Below, one piece after another: positions 9,784 through 18,362 of a DNA stretch of 64,000 bases. Below the pieces are notes generated by a model that saw only the letters and a program-made list of their open reading frames with translations, searched no databases and had not been told where the DNA came from. The position numbers and the translations under genes were made by a program. The stretch covers positions 5,489-69,488 of the forward strand of contig JBBRCN010000009.1 of the NCBI GenBank assembly GCA_038204775.1. The letters are read 5' to 3'. The DNA is from Burkholderiales bacterium. GTDB lineage: Bacteria > Pseudomonadota > Gammaproteobacteria > Burkholderiales > Burkholderiaceae_C. Every line of letters starts with the position of its first letter. The first letter of the stretch is position 1.

Positions 9784-10449
9784 CTATTTCGGCGCCGAAG
9801 CCGCTGGTGCCGCCGTGCTGATGGGCGCCGGTGCGTTGCCGCTGGGCCTGGACAGTTCCCTTTCGGTGATGAGCTCGAACACCTTGACCACCTTTTCGAC
9901 ACCGCTGACCTGGCTGGCCAGCTCGGCGCCGCGGTTGGCCTCGCGTTCGGTCACGCGGCCCATCAGGTAGATCACCCGGCGCTCGGCCAGCACCTTGTAG
10001 GCGTTGGCCTGCACGTCCTTGGCGTCCACCAGCGTGAGCTTGACCTTGGTGGCCAGGCTGTTGTCGGCGGTGCGTGAACTGAAAGAACTGTTGGGCGCGA
10101 CGACCAGTTCATTGACCACGCTGCGCACGTTCTCCACCTTGGCCACAGCCTGTTCGACCTGCACCTTTTCTGCTGCACCTGGCACCTCGCCGGTCAGCAG
10201 CACCATGCGGTTGTAGCTGGTGATGCTGACCTGGCCCAGCGTGGCCAGTTCGCGCACCCTCGAGCCGGCGCGCAATTCGATGGCTTCGTCTTCAATCTGG
10301 ATGCCGGTGGTGCGACGGTCGGTGGCCACCATGCCACCGCCCAAAACGGCGCCGCCCAGCAACAGCGGCGCGCAGGCCGACAGGCCAGCGGCCAGCGTGG
10401 CACTGACGGCCAATGCGGCGGTCAAGCGCAAAACACGGGGTGCATTCAC
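9784..10449 (-). CDS. yraP: Dual BON-domain lipoprotein (YraP/DolP family)
   Basis: Lipobox LSAC; DRRTTGIQIEDEAIE; two BON domains; yraN-SIS-BON synteny. Confidence 0.9.
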   Translation of the reverse strand: MNAPRVLRLTAALAVSATLAAGLSACAPLLLGGAVLGGGMVATDRRTTGIQIEDEAIELRAGSRVRELATLGQVSITSYNRMVLLTGEVPGAAEKVQVEQAVAKVENVRSVVNELVVAPNSSFSSRTADNSLATKVKLTLVDAKDVQANAYKVLAERRVIYLMGRVTEREANRGAELASQVSGVEKVVKVFELITERELSRPSGNAPAPISTAAPAASAPK

Positions 10450-10997
10450 GTTTCCTGGTCTCCCATCAATTGGAAATCGACTGCATCACAAAGGCAATGC
10501 AGAACCAACAACTGCAGTTCGGCCACTCGCGCCGCGCGCTCATGGGGCACGGCCACCAGCACATCGGTTTCGGCCAGCAACTCACCAAAAGCCTGCGCGC
10601 TGCGGCCTGCGATGACGACGATGGTCATGTCCTTGGCTTGCGCAGCGGAGATCACCGCGGTGCTGTCGCCATCGGCGTCGTCGACGAACAGCAGCACGTC
10701 GCCGGGCAGGCCCAGCGCACGCACCTCTTGTGCCGGCGCCACGCCCTGGTTGGCACCCAGGGCCAGCGCCGCCAACGGTGGGCGGTCACGCTCAAACCGG
10801 CCCGTGAACAAGCGTGCCAGGTGCGGCGCCAGCACGGCGCCGGCACCGCTGCCGCAGACCATCACCTTGCCGCCGCCGGTGATGGCCGCCAGCAGCGCGG
10901 CCGCCGCCTCGGCCACCGGCCGCGCGAGCGTGTCCGCACAGCGGTACTGAAGGTCGGCGCTGTCGAAGAATTGTTGCTGGATGCGCTGTTCGAGCAT
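10446..10997 (-). CDS. SIS-domain GmhA/DiaA-family protein with degenerate active site
   Basis: MLEQRIQQQFFDSA, GRFERDRPPLAALAL, VPHERAAR..LHCLCDAVD; yraN-yraP context. Confidence 0.85.
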   Translation of the reverse strand: MLEQRIQQQFFDSADLQYRCADTLARPVAEAAAALLAAITGGGKVMVCGSGAGAVLAPHLARLFTGRFERDRPPLAALALGANQGVAPAQEVRALGLPGDVLLFVDDADGDSTAVISAAQAKDMTIVVIAGRSAQAFGELLAETDVLVAVPHERAARVAELQLLVLHCLCDAVDFQLMGDQET

Positions 10998-11057
10998 GGT
11001 CACGGATCATATGACGGTGATCTTGTGCATCGGTTCCCAGGTGTTCAGCCGGCATGT

Positions 11058-11435
11058 TCAGCCCGCATCGAAGGCCGCTTGCAGCCACTGCACCTGGTCG
11101 CCCTCGATGGCCAGCACATCGAAGCGACAGGGTGGCACACGCGGCAGCTGCAGCAAAAAATGCTGGGCCGCCAGGCGCAGGCTGCGCTGCTTGGCCGCCG
11201 TGACGCTGGCGGCAGCGCCGCCGTGTGATCGGCTGGCACGGGCGCGCACTTCCACGAAGACCAGGGTGCCGTCGCTGTCCTGCATCACCAGGTCGATCTC
11301 GCCACCTCGGGCATGCGGCCCGCGGGCGACCCGATAATTGCGCTGCACCAGCGTCAGGCCCTTGCGCAGCAGCCACTGCAGCGCGCGGTCTTCCGCCGCC
11401 TCACCTGGCTTGGAACCCGAGCGCGTCTTGAACAT
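11058..11435 (-). CDS. yraN: YraN-family putative nuclease (UPF0102)
   Basis: GEAAEDRA, RNYR, GGEIDLVM, LVFVEVR, CRFDVLA. Confidence 0.92.
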   Translation of the reverse strand: MFKTRSGSKPGEAAEDRALQWLLRKGLTLVQRNYRVARGPHARGGEIDLVMQDSDGTLVFVEVRARASRSHGGAAASVTAAKQRSLRLAAQHFLLQLPRVPPCRFDVLAIEGDQVQWLQAAFDAG

Positions 11436-12357
11436 CGACTCCCCCCTGCTGCAACGTGCCGCGTCAGATGCGGCCGGCGCACAAAGCCACACCGCCAGCA
11501 CACTCTACGTGGTGGCCACGCCCATCGGCAACCTGGCCGATGTGACGCTGCGTGCGGTGCACGTGCTGGGCCTGGTGGACGCAGTCGCTTGTGAGGACAC
11601 CCGCGTGGGCGCGCAGCTGCTGCGCCACCTGGGCTTGAAGAAGCCGCTGCTGGCGCTGCACGCCCACAACGAACACGTTGCCGCGGCCGCCGTGCTGCAG
11701 CGCCTGGCCGCGGGCCAGTCGGTGGCCTGCATCAGCGATGCCGGCACGCCCGCCATCAGCGACCCCGGCGCGGTGCTGGTGTCGCAGGTGGCGCTGGCCG
11801 GCTACCCCGTGGTGCCGTTGCCGGGGCCCAGCAGCGCGCTGGCGGCGCTGTGTTCGGCGGGCGACACCGTCGGCCAGGGTTTCACCTTCATCGGTTTCCT
11901 GCCGGCCAAGGGCGGTGAACGCCAGGTTGCGCTGGGCGCCATGCTGGCCGACGCGCGCACGCAGATCCTGTTTGAAGCGCCGCACCGAATCACCGGCCTG
12001 CTGGCCGCGCTGGCCACGGCAGCGCCCACCCGCACCGTCACGCTGTGCCGCGAACTGACCAAGCAATTCGAGACCATCGTCACCCGCCCGGCGGCTGCAC
12101 TGCCGGCCTGGCAGGCCGAAGACAGCCACCGCGAACGGGGCGAGTTCGTGCTCGTGCTGCATGCCTTGCCCGCACCGGCGGCGCACGCAGAAGACCTGCC
12201 ACCCTCCACCCTGCACACCCTGCGTGTGCTGATGCGCGAATTGCCGCTGAAACAGGCCGTGGCCCTGGCCGCCGAAGTCAGTGGCGCACCGCGCAACACG
12301 CTCTACGCCCGAGCGCTGGCCGAGCGGGCGCTGGACGCAACACCCGATGCCCCGTAA
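11428..12357 (+). CDS. rsmI: 16S rRNA C1402 2'-O-methyltransferase (start approximate)
   Basis: LYVVATPIGNLAD, ACEDTR, SDAGTPAISDPG, FEAPHRI, RELTKQFE. Confidence 0.95.
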   Translation: MNIDSPLLQRAASDAAGAQSHTASTLYVVATPIGNLADVTLRAVHVLGLVDAVACEDTRVGAQLLRHLGLKKPLLALHAHNEHVAAAAVLQRLAAGQSVACISDAGTPAISDPGAVLVSQVALAGYPVVPLPGPSSALAALCSAGDTVGQGFTFIGFLPAKGGERQVALGAMLADARTQILFEAPHRITGLLAALATAAPTRTVTLCRELTKQFETIVTRPAAALPAWQAEDSHRERGEFVLVLHALPAPAAHAEDLPPSTLHTLRVLMRELPLKQAVALAAEVSGAPRNTLYARALAERALDATPDAP

Positions 12358-13318
12358 GGCCGCGGCCCGCGCCGCGCAACGCCTGCAAGCCCATGCCGCC
12401 GCGCTGTCGCCGGCCGTGCGCGCGCTGCTGTGGGCAGCGGCCAGCGGCGCGCTTTTCAGCGTGCTCAACGCCTTGATGCGCGGGCTGGCTCAAGAGCTGC
12501 ACCCGCTGCAGACCCAGTTCCTGCGCTACCTGTTCGGCTTTGCCGTGCTGCTGCCGCTGCTGCTGCGCGCGGGTATGCAGGCCTACCGGCCCCGCAACCC
12601 GATCGGTCAGGTCTGGCGCGGCGCGGTGCACACGTTCGGCCTGGTGCTTTGGTTCCTGGCGCTGCCGCACATTCCGCTGGCCGATACCACCGCCATCGGC
12701 TTCACAACGCCGCTGTTCATCCTGATCGGCGCCTGGTGGTTCTTGCGTGAACCCATGCACTGGGAACGCTGGCTGGCCACCGCGGTGGGCTTCGGCGGCG
12801 TGTTGATCGTGCTGGGGCCCAAGCTGTCACTCGGTGCCGTCGGCGCCGATGGCGCGGCTGGCGCGGCTGGCAGCAGCGGTATGCATCACCTGCTGATGCT
12901 GGCTTCGGCGCCGGTGTTTGCAGCGTCTTTCCTCATCACCAAGGTGCTCACGCGCACCGAGACCACCGGCGTCATCGTCTTCTGGCAGGCACTCACGGTC
13001 ACCCTGTTCAGCCTGCCGATGGCGCTGTGGGTCTGGCAGCCGCCCACGCCCGTGCAGTGGCTGGGCTTTGTGGTCTGCGGCATGCTGGGCAGCGCGGCCC
13101 ACTACTGCCTGACACGCAGCTTCCGCTTGGCCGACATCTCGGCCACGCAGTCGGTCAAGTTTCTCGACCTGGTGTGGGCGGCTGTGCTGGGCTGGGTGAT
13201 GTTCGCCGACGTGCCGGCCGGCACCACGCTATTGGGCGGCGTGGTCATCGCCGCAGCCACCGTGTGGGTGGCGCGGCGCGAACACCGGCGCCGGGCTGGG
13301 CCGGGCGTGTCGCCCTGA
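12347..13318 (+). CDS. DMT/EamA-family transporter
   Basis: About 10 hydrophobic segments; TAIGFTTPLF..LRE, VGFGGVLIVL, GWVMFADVP. Confidence 0.88.
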   Translation: MPRKAAARAAQRLQAHAAALSPAVRALLWAAASGALFSVLNALMRGLAQELHPLQTQFLRYLFGFAVLLPLLLRAGMQAYRPRNPIGQVWRGAVHTFGLVLWFLALPHIPLADTTAIGFTTPLFILIGAWWFLREPMHWERWLATAVGFGGVLIVLGPKLSLGAVGADGAAGAAGSSGMHHLLMLASAPVFAASFLITKVLTRTETTGVIVFWQALTVTLFSLPMALWVWQPPTPVQWLGFVVCGMLGSAAHYCLTRSFRLADISATQSVKFLDLVWAAVLGWVMFADVPAGTTLLGGVVIAAATVWVARREHRRRAGPGVSP

Positions 13319-13458
13319 TGGCGCTGCGTCCGAACCTGAGCCGGTGCCACCGGCCGGCAGCACCCCGCCGCGCTGTGAACCTGCGAAGCCCCATTCCGGC
13401 GTCAACGGGGAGCCGGCTCCTACAATGAGCCGCTCTTTTGCTCGCACAGGGCCCCCAG

Positions 13459-14934
13459 ATGATCACCCGCGAACCCACCATCGAACGTCTGGCCATTGCG
13501 CAGCAATTGATGCTGGAACCCTTCGGTTTGTCCGAAGCCAATCTGGCGCAGGCGCTGGCCCTGATCGGCGAACACCGGGTGGACGACGCCGACCTCTACT
13601 TTCAGACCACGCGCCACGAAGGCTGGAGCCTGGAAGAAGGCATCGTCAAAAGCGGCAGCTTCAGCATCGACCAGGGCGTGGGCGTGCGCGCCGTGGCCGG
13701 CGAGAAGACGGCATTTGCCTACAGCGACGACCTCAGTGTTGAATCGCTGCTGGACGCCGCGCGCACGGTGCGCACCATTGCCGCTGCCGGCCAGAACAAA
13801 CGCGTCAAGATCGCGCGACCGGCGAAAGTGGCCAAGAGCCGTGTGCTCTACGCGCCCACCGACCCCATCGGCACGCTGGACAGCACGCAGAAAGTGGCGC
13901 TGCTGGAAAAGGTGGAAAAACTGGCCCGCGCCACAGACCCGCGCATCGCGCAGGTGATGGCCAGCGTGGGTGCCGAATACGACGTGGTGCTGGTGGCCCG
14001 CGCCGACGGCACCCGCGCTGCCGATGTGCGGCCGCTGGTGCGCCTGAACGTCACCGTCATCGCCGAACAAACCGTGGCCGGCGAGGTGCGCCGTGAAGTG
14101 GGCAGCGGCGGCGGCGGTGGTCGCTTCGGCCTGGGCTACTTCACCGATGCAATCATCGAGGAATACGTCAACCACGCCGTGAGCGCGGCGCTGACCAACC
14201 TGGACAGCCGCGCCGTGGCCGCCGGTGAAATGACCGTGGTGCTGGGCCCCGGTTGGCCCGGTGTGCTGCTGCACGAAGCCGTGGGCCACGGCCTGGAGGG
14301 TGACTTCAACCGCAAGGGCAGCAGCACCTTTGCCGGCCGTGTCGGCCAGCGTGTGGCGGCCAAGGGCGTGACGGTGCTGGACGATGGCACCCTGCCCGAC
14401 CGCCGCGGCAGCCTGAACGTCGACGATGAAGGCCACGCCACGCAGCGCAACGTGCTCATCGAAGACGGCATCCTGCGCGGCTACATGCAAGACAGCCTGA
14501 ACGCGCGCCTTTCGGGCGTCAAACCCACCGGCAACGGCCGCCGCGAAAGTTACGCCCACCTGCCGATGCCGCGCATGACCAACACCTACATGCTGGCGGG
14601 TGGCAAGACCCGTGAAGAGATCATCGGCAGCCTCAAGCGCGGCCTGTACGCCACCAACTTCGGCGGTGGCCAGGTGGACATCACCAGCGGCAAGTTCGTG
14701 TTCAGCGCCAGCGAGGCTTTCTGGGTTGAAAACGGCAAGATCCAGTATCCGGTGAAGGGCGCCACCATCATCGGCAACGGACCCGAAGCCATGACCCGCG
14801 TCACCATGATCGGCAACGACCTGGAGCTGGACACCGGCGTCGGCGTCTGCGGCAAAGAAGGCCAGAGCGTGCCCGTGGGTGTCGGCCAGCCCACGCTGCG
14901 AATCGAGAGGCTCACCGTCGGGGGCACCGCTTGA
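13459..14934 (+). CDS. tldD: Metalloprotease TldD
   Basis: LLHEAVGHGLEGDFNRKGSS, PMPRMTNTYM, CGKEGQSVPVGVGQPTL. Confidence 0.97.
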   Translation: MITREPTIERLAIAQQLMLEPFGLSEANLAQALALIGEHRVDDADLYFQTTRHEGWSLEEGIVKSGSFSIDQGVGVRAVAGEKTAFAYSDDLSVESLLDAARTVRTIAAAGQNKRVKIARPAKVAKSRVLYAPTDPIGTLDSTQKVALLEKVEKLARATDPRIAQVMASVGAEYDVVLVARADGTRAADVRPLVRLNVTVIAEQTVAGEVRREVGSGGGGGRFGLGYFTDAIIEEYVNHAVSAALTNLDSRAVAAGEMTVVLGPGWPGVLLHEAVGHGLEGDFNRKGSSTFAGRVGQRVAAKGVTVLDDGTLPDRRGSLNVDDEGHATQRNVLIEDGILRGYMQDSLNARLSGVKPTGNGRRESYAHLPMPRMTNTYMLAGGKTREEIIGSLKRGLYATNFGGGQVDITSGKFVFSASEAFWVENGKIQYPVKGATIIGNGPEAMTRVTMIGNDLELDTGVGVCGKEGQSVPVGVGQPTLRIERLTVGGTA

Positions 14935-16136
14935 CGGTGGACCTGGCCCGCATCGAAGCCGCGGCGCTTCGCTTGGCAGGCCAGGTGCTGGACACGCCCT
15001 GCGTCGAGTCACGCACGCTGGGTCAGATCCTGGGCTGCCAGGTTTTCCTGAAGTTCGAAAACCTGCAGTTCACCGCCAGCTTCAAGGAACGCGGCGCACT
15101 CAACAAACTGTCCACATTGGTGGCATCGGGCCAGTCCATCAAAGGTGTGATCGCGGCCTCGGCCGGCAACCACGCCCAGGGCGTGGCGCACCACGCCCAG
15201 CGCCTGGGCCTGCGCGCCGTGATCGTGATGCCACAGCACACCCCCACCGTGAAGGTCGAACGCACACGCGGCTTTTGCGCTGAAGTGGTGCTGCACGGCG
15301 ACACCTTCGACCAGGCGCGCGACCGTGCCTTGTTGATGGCGGCCGAGCAGGGCCTGAGCTTTGTGCACCCCTTCGACGACGAAGACGTGATCGCCGGCCA
15401 GGGCACCATCGCTATCGAGATGCTGCGCGCTCAGCCCGACCTGGACACGCTGGTCATCGCCGTGGGCGGCGGCGGACTCATCAGCGGCATCGCCACCGCC
15501 GTGCGTGCGCTGAAGCCCGGCATGCAGATCATCGGCGTGCAGACCAGCCGCTTTCCGGCCATGGTCAACTTCGTCAAGGGCAGCACCCATGCACAAGGCA
15601 GCAGCACCATCGCCGAAGGCATCGCGGTGGGCCAGCCGGGGCAGATCACGCGCGAACTCGTGAAGCGCCTCGTCGACGACCTGGTGCTGGTGGACGAAGG
15701 TGACATCGAGCAGGCCATCGTGATGCTGCTCGAAATCGAAAAGACCCTGGTCGAAGGTGCAGGGGCCGCCGGCCTGGCCGCGCTGCTGAAAGACCCGGCA
15801 CGTTTTGCCGGCAAGAAGGTGGGCCTGGTGCTGTGTGGCGGCAACATCGACCCGCTGCTGCTGGCCGCCATCCTGGAACGGGGCATGGTGCGTGCCGGTC
15901 GGCTGGCGCGCATCAAGGTCAACGCCCGCGACACACCGGGTGTGCTGGCGCGCATCACGGCCATCGTGGCCGAGGCCGGCGCCAACATCGACGAGGTGCA
16001 CCACCAGCGCGCGTTTTCCATGCTGGCGGTGCAAAGTGTCGAGGTTGAACTGGTGCTGCAGACGCGCAACCCGCAGCACGTGCAGGACGTGGTGACCCAG
16101 CTGGCGGTGGCGGGTTTCGAAGCCAAGGCCTACTGA
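14931..16136 (+). CDS. ilvA: Threonine ammonia-lyase with C-terminal ACT domain
   Basis: KFENLQFTASFKERGA, ASAGNHAQG, VGGGGLISG, CGGNID, DTPGVLA ACT motif. Confidence 0.92.
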   Translation: MTVDLARIEAAALRLAGQVLDTPCVESRTLGQILGCQVFLKFENLQFTASFKERGALNKLSTLVASGQSIKGVIAASAGNHAQGVAHHAQRLGLRAVIVMPQHTPTVKVERTRGFCAEVVLHGDTFDQARDRALLMAAEQGLSFVHPFDDEDVIAGQGTIAIEMLRAQPDLDTLVIAVGGGGLISGIATAVRALKPGMQIIGVQTSRFPAMVNFVKGSTHAQGSSTIAEGIAVGQPGQITRELVKRLVDDLVLVDEGDIEQAIVMLLEIEKTLVEGAGAAGLAALLKDPARFAGKKVGLVLCGGNIDPLLLAAILERGMVRAGRLARIKVNARDTPGVLARITAIVAEAGANIDEVHHQRAFSMLAVQSVEVELVLQTRNPQHVQDVVTQLAVAGFEAKAY

Positions 16137-16253
16137 GCACCCCAGGGCCGGCCAGGATTGGCCGGGTTTCGTCCATCTGATTTGCGATGCGCGGTGCGCG
16201 GGCGATGCACAGAATGGTGCGCTTCACACCTTCAGCTCTTGCCCGGGAACTCC

Positions 16254-16901
16254 ATGATGCACCGTCACATCTTCGCGCCGCTGGCCGCCACCCTGTTGCT
16301 GAGCACTGCCGCCCACGCTGGCGAGCTGTACACCAAGCTGGGTGTACCGGGCTTGGTACTGGGCTACTCACAGCCCATCGGCCCGCTGTTCGGCCTGCGC
16401 GTCGACTACGCCACCGTGGGCAGTCGCAAGGACCGCCGCACCGAAGAAGGCATCAACTACGACACCGCGCTCAAGCTCAATCGCGCCGCCCTTTTGGCTG
16501 ACTGGTTTCCACTTGCCGGCAGCTTCCGCTTCACGGGCGGTATCACCAGCAACCAGTACAAGTTGGATCTGCTGGCCACCGGCGCGGGCGGCACGCTGAC
16601 CCTCGGCAACACGACCTACAACACCAGCTCGGCCGACCAGTTCCGGGTGCAGGTGAAGTTCCCGTCCAGCACGCCTTACTTCGGCTTCGGCTGGGGCCAC
16701 GGTTCGGGCAACGGGCTGCGCTTCTCTTTCGACGTGGGCGCCAAATTTGGCAAGGCCACGGTGTCCTACGCCTTGACGGGCCCGATCGCTGCGCAGGTGT
16801 CACAGGCCGACATCGACGCTGAACTGGCCGAGCTGCGCGACGGCGTGGGCAAGGTCAAGGCCGTGCCGCAGATCACCTTCGGTCTGGGCTACAGCTTCTG
16901 A
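16254..16901 (+). CDS. Outer-membrane beta-barrel protein (hypothetical)
   Basis: Signal peptide ending AHA; amphipathic beta pattern; PYFGFGWG; C-terminal GLGYSF OMP signature. Confidence 0.75.
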   Translation: MMHRHIFAPLAATLLLSTAAHAGELYTKLGVPGLVLGYSQPIGPLFGLRVDYATVGSRKDRRTEEGINYDTALKLNRAALLADWFPLAGSFRFTGGITSNQYKLDLLATGAGGTLTLGNTTYNTSSADQFRVQVKFPSSTPYFGFGWGHGSGNGLRFSFDVGAKFGKATVSYALTGPIAAQVSQADIDAELAELRDGVGKVKAVPQITFGLGYSF

Positions 16902-16907
16902 TACATT
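16899..16907 (+). promoter_or_regulatory. Extended -10 element (TG-A-TACATT) 7 nt upstream of the leader ATG
   Basis: tgatacatt-cgccgcc-ATG; no Shine-Dalgarno. Confidence 0.55.
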
Positions 16908-16914
16908 CGCCGCC

Positions 16915-16989
16915 ATGCGCTCCGCAACGTCTTACTTTTCCTACTTTTGGTTCTCGCACCGCTTGGCGGCTGGAGAGGCAAACGCGTAG
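16915..16989 (+). CDS. Attenuator leader peptide MRSATSYFSYFWFSHRLAAGEANA (Tyr/Phe/Trp control codons)
   Basis: 24-codon ORF with cluster Y-F-S-Y-F-W-F directly upstream of a terminator and the DAHP synthase gene. Confidence 0.85.
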   Translation: MRSATSYFSYFWFSHRLAAGEANA

Positions 16990-17014
16990 GTCAGACACAC
17001 GCAGCGCACCCCAG

Positions 17015-17045
17015 AAACCGCCGGCAGCCCCGGCGGTTTTTTGTT
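17015..17045 (+). terminator. Intrinsic terminator of the DAHP synthase attenuator
   Basis: AAACCGCCGG-cagcc-CCGGCGGTTT followed by TTTGTT. Confidence 0.88.
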
Positions 17046-17091
17046 GCCGGGCTGACATGACCGAAGCCCCGGCACACGAAGAAAGCAGCCC

Positions 17092-18240
17092 ATGAGCCCC
17101 AAGTCCGCCACGCCCACCGACGACCGTCTGGCCCTGTCTGAGAAGACCAGCCAGACCGATGACCAGCGCATCAAGGACGTCACGCCGCTGCCGCCGCCCG
17201 AGCACCTGATCCGCTTCTTTCCCATTGCCGACACGCCGGTGGAGACGCTGATCAAGAACACCCGCGGCGCCATCCGCAAGATCATCGGCGGCCAGGGTGA
17301 GGGCAGCGACCGCCTGCTGGTGATCATCGGCCCCTGCTCCATCCACGACCCGGCTGCGGCACTGGAGTACGCGCGCCGCCTGAAGCCACTGCGCGACCAG
17401 CACGCGGGTGAGCTGGAAATCGTGATGCGTGTCTACTTCGAGAAGCCGCGTACCACGGTGGGCTGGAAGGGCCTGATCAACGACCCCTACCTGGACGAGA
17501 GCTACCGCATCCACGAGGGCCTGCGCATCGCCCGGCAGCTGCTGGTGGACATCAACCGGCTGGGCGTGCCGGCGGGCAGCGAGTTCCTGGACGTGATCAG
17601 CCCGCAGTACATCGGCGACCTCATCGCCTGGGGTGCGATCGGCGCGCGCACGACCGAATCGCAGGTGCACCGCGAACTGGCTTCAGGGCTGAGTGCACCG
17701 GTGGGCTTCAAGAACGGCACCGACGGCAACATCAGAATCGCCACCGACGCCATCCAGGCCGCCGCCCGCCCGCACCACTTCTTGTCGGTGCACAAAAACG
17801 GCCAGGTTGCCATCGTGCAGACCAAGGGCAACAAGGACTGCCACGTCATCCTGCGCGGCGGCAAGGCGCCCAACTACGACGCGGCCAGCGTGGCTGCGGC
17901 CTGCAAAGAGATCGAAGCGGCCAAGCTGGTCTGCAAGCTGATGATCGACGCCAGCCACGCCAACAGCAGCAAACAGCACCAACGCCAGATCGAGGTCATG
18001 AAGGACGTCGGCGCGCAGATCGCCGCGGGCAACCGCTGCATCTTCGGCGTCATGGTGGAAAGCCACCTGCTGGACGGCGCGCAGAAATTCAGCCCCGGCA
18101 AGGACAACCCGGCCAAGCTGGTTTACGGCCAGAGCATCACCGACGCCTGCATTGCCTGGGACGACAGCGTGGGGCTCATCGACGGTCTGGCCCAGGCCGT
18201 GAAGGCCAGGCGCCAGGCGGGGCCGAGTCTGGCGGCTTGA
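17092..18240 (+). CDS. aroG: 3-deoxy-7-phosphoheptulonate (DAHP) synthase, class I-alpha
   Basis: GPCSIHD, RVYFEKPRTTVGWKGLINDP, IGARTTESQVHRE, DASHANS, GQSITDACI. Confidence 0.96.
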   Translation: MSPKSATPTDDRLALSEKTSQTDDQRIKDVTPLPPPEHLIRFFPIADTPVETLIKNTRGAIRKIIGGQGEGSDRLLVIIGPCSIHDPAAALEYARRLKPLRDQHAGELEIVMRVYFEKPRTTVGWKGLINDPYLDESYRIHEGLRIARQLLVDINRLGVPAGSEFLDVISPQYIGDLIAWGAIGARTTESQVHRELASGLSAPVGFKNGTDGNIRIATDAIQAAARPHHFLSVHKNGQVAIVQTKGNKDCHVILRGGKAPNYDAASVAAACKEIEAAKLVCKLMIDASHANSSKQHQRQIEVMKDVGAQIAAGNRCIFGVMVESHLLDGAQKFSPGKDNPAKLVYGQSITDACIAWDDSVGLIDGLAQAVKARRQAGPSLAA

Positions 18241-18281
18241 ACAGCCGACACGCGCGGCCGACTGCGCCTGCCAGGTCGGCC

Positions 18282-18362
18282 GCGCCTACTGCGCCAACTG
18301 CGCCTACTGCGCCAACTGCGCCTACTGCGCCTACTGCGCCTACTGCGCCTACTGCGCCAACT
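18282..18362. repeat. Tandem repeat, 9-bp unit x9 (GCGCC[T/A]ACT), overlapping the kinase stop codon
   Basis: Direct reading; minus strand gives in-frame AQL / AQ* units. Confidence 0.92.

Noticed and set aside
13459-13467. 9-nt match (ATGATCACC) between the sRNA candidate region and the tldD start
   Set aside because: A match this short can arise by chance in 64 kb. It is recorded as a caution about the short seed matches reported above.
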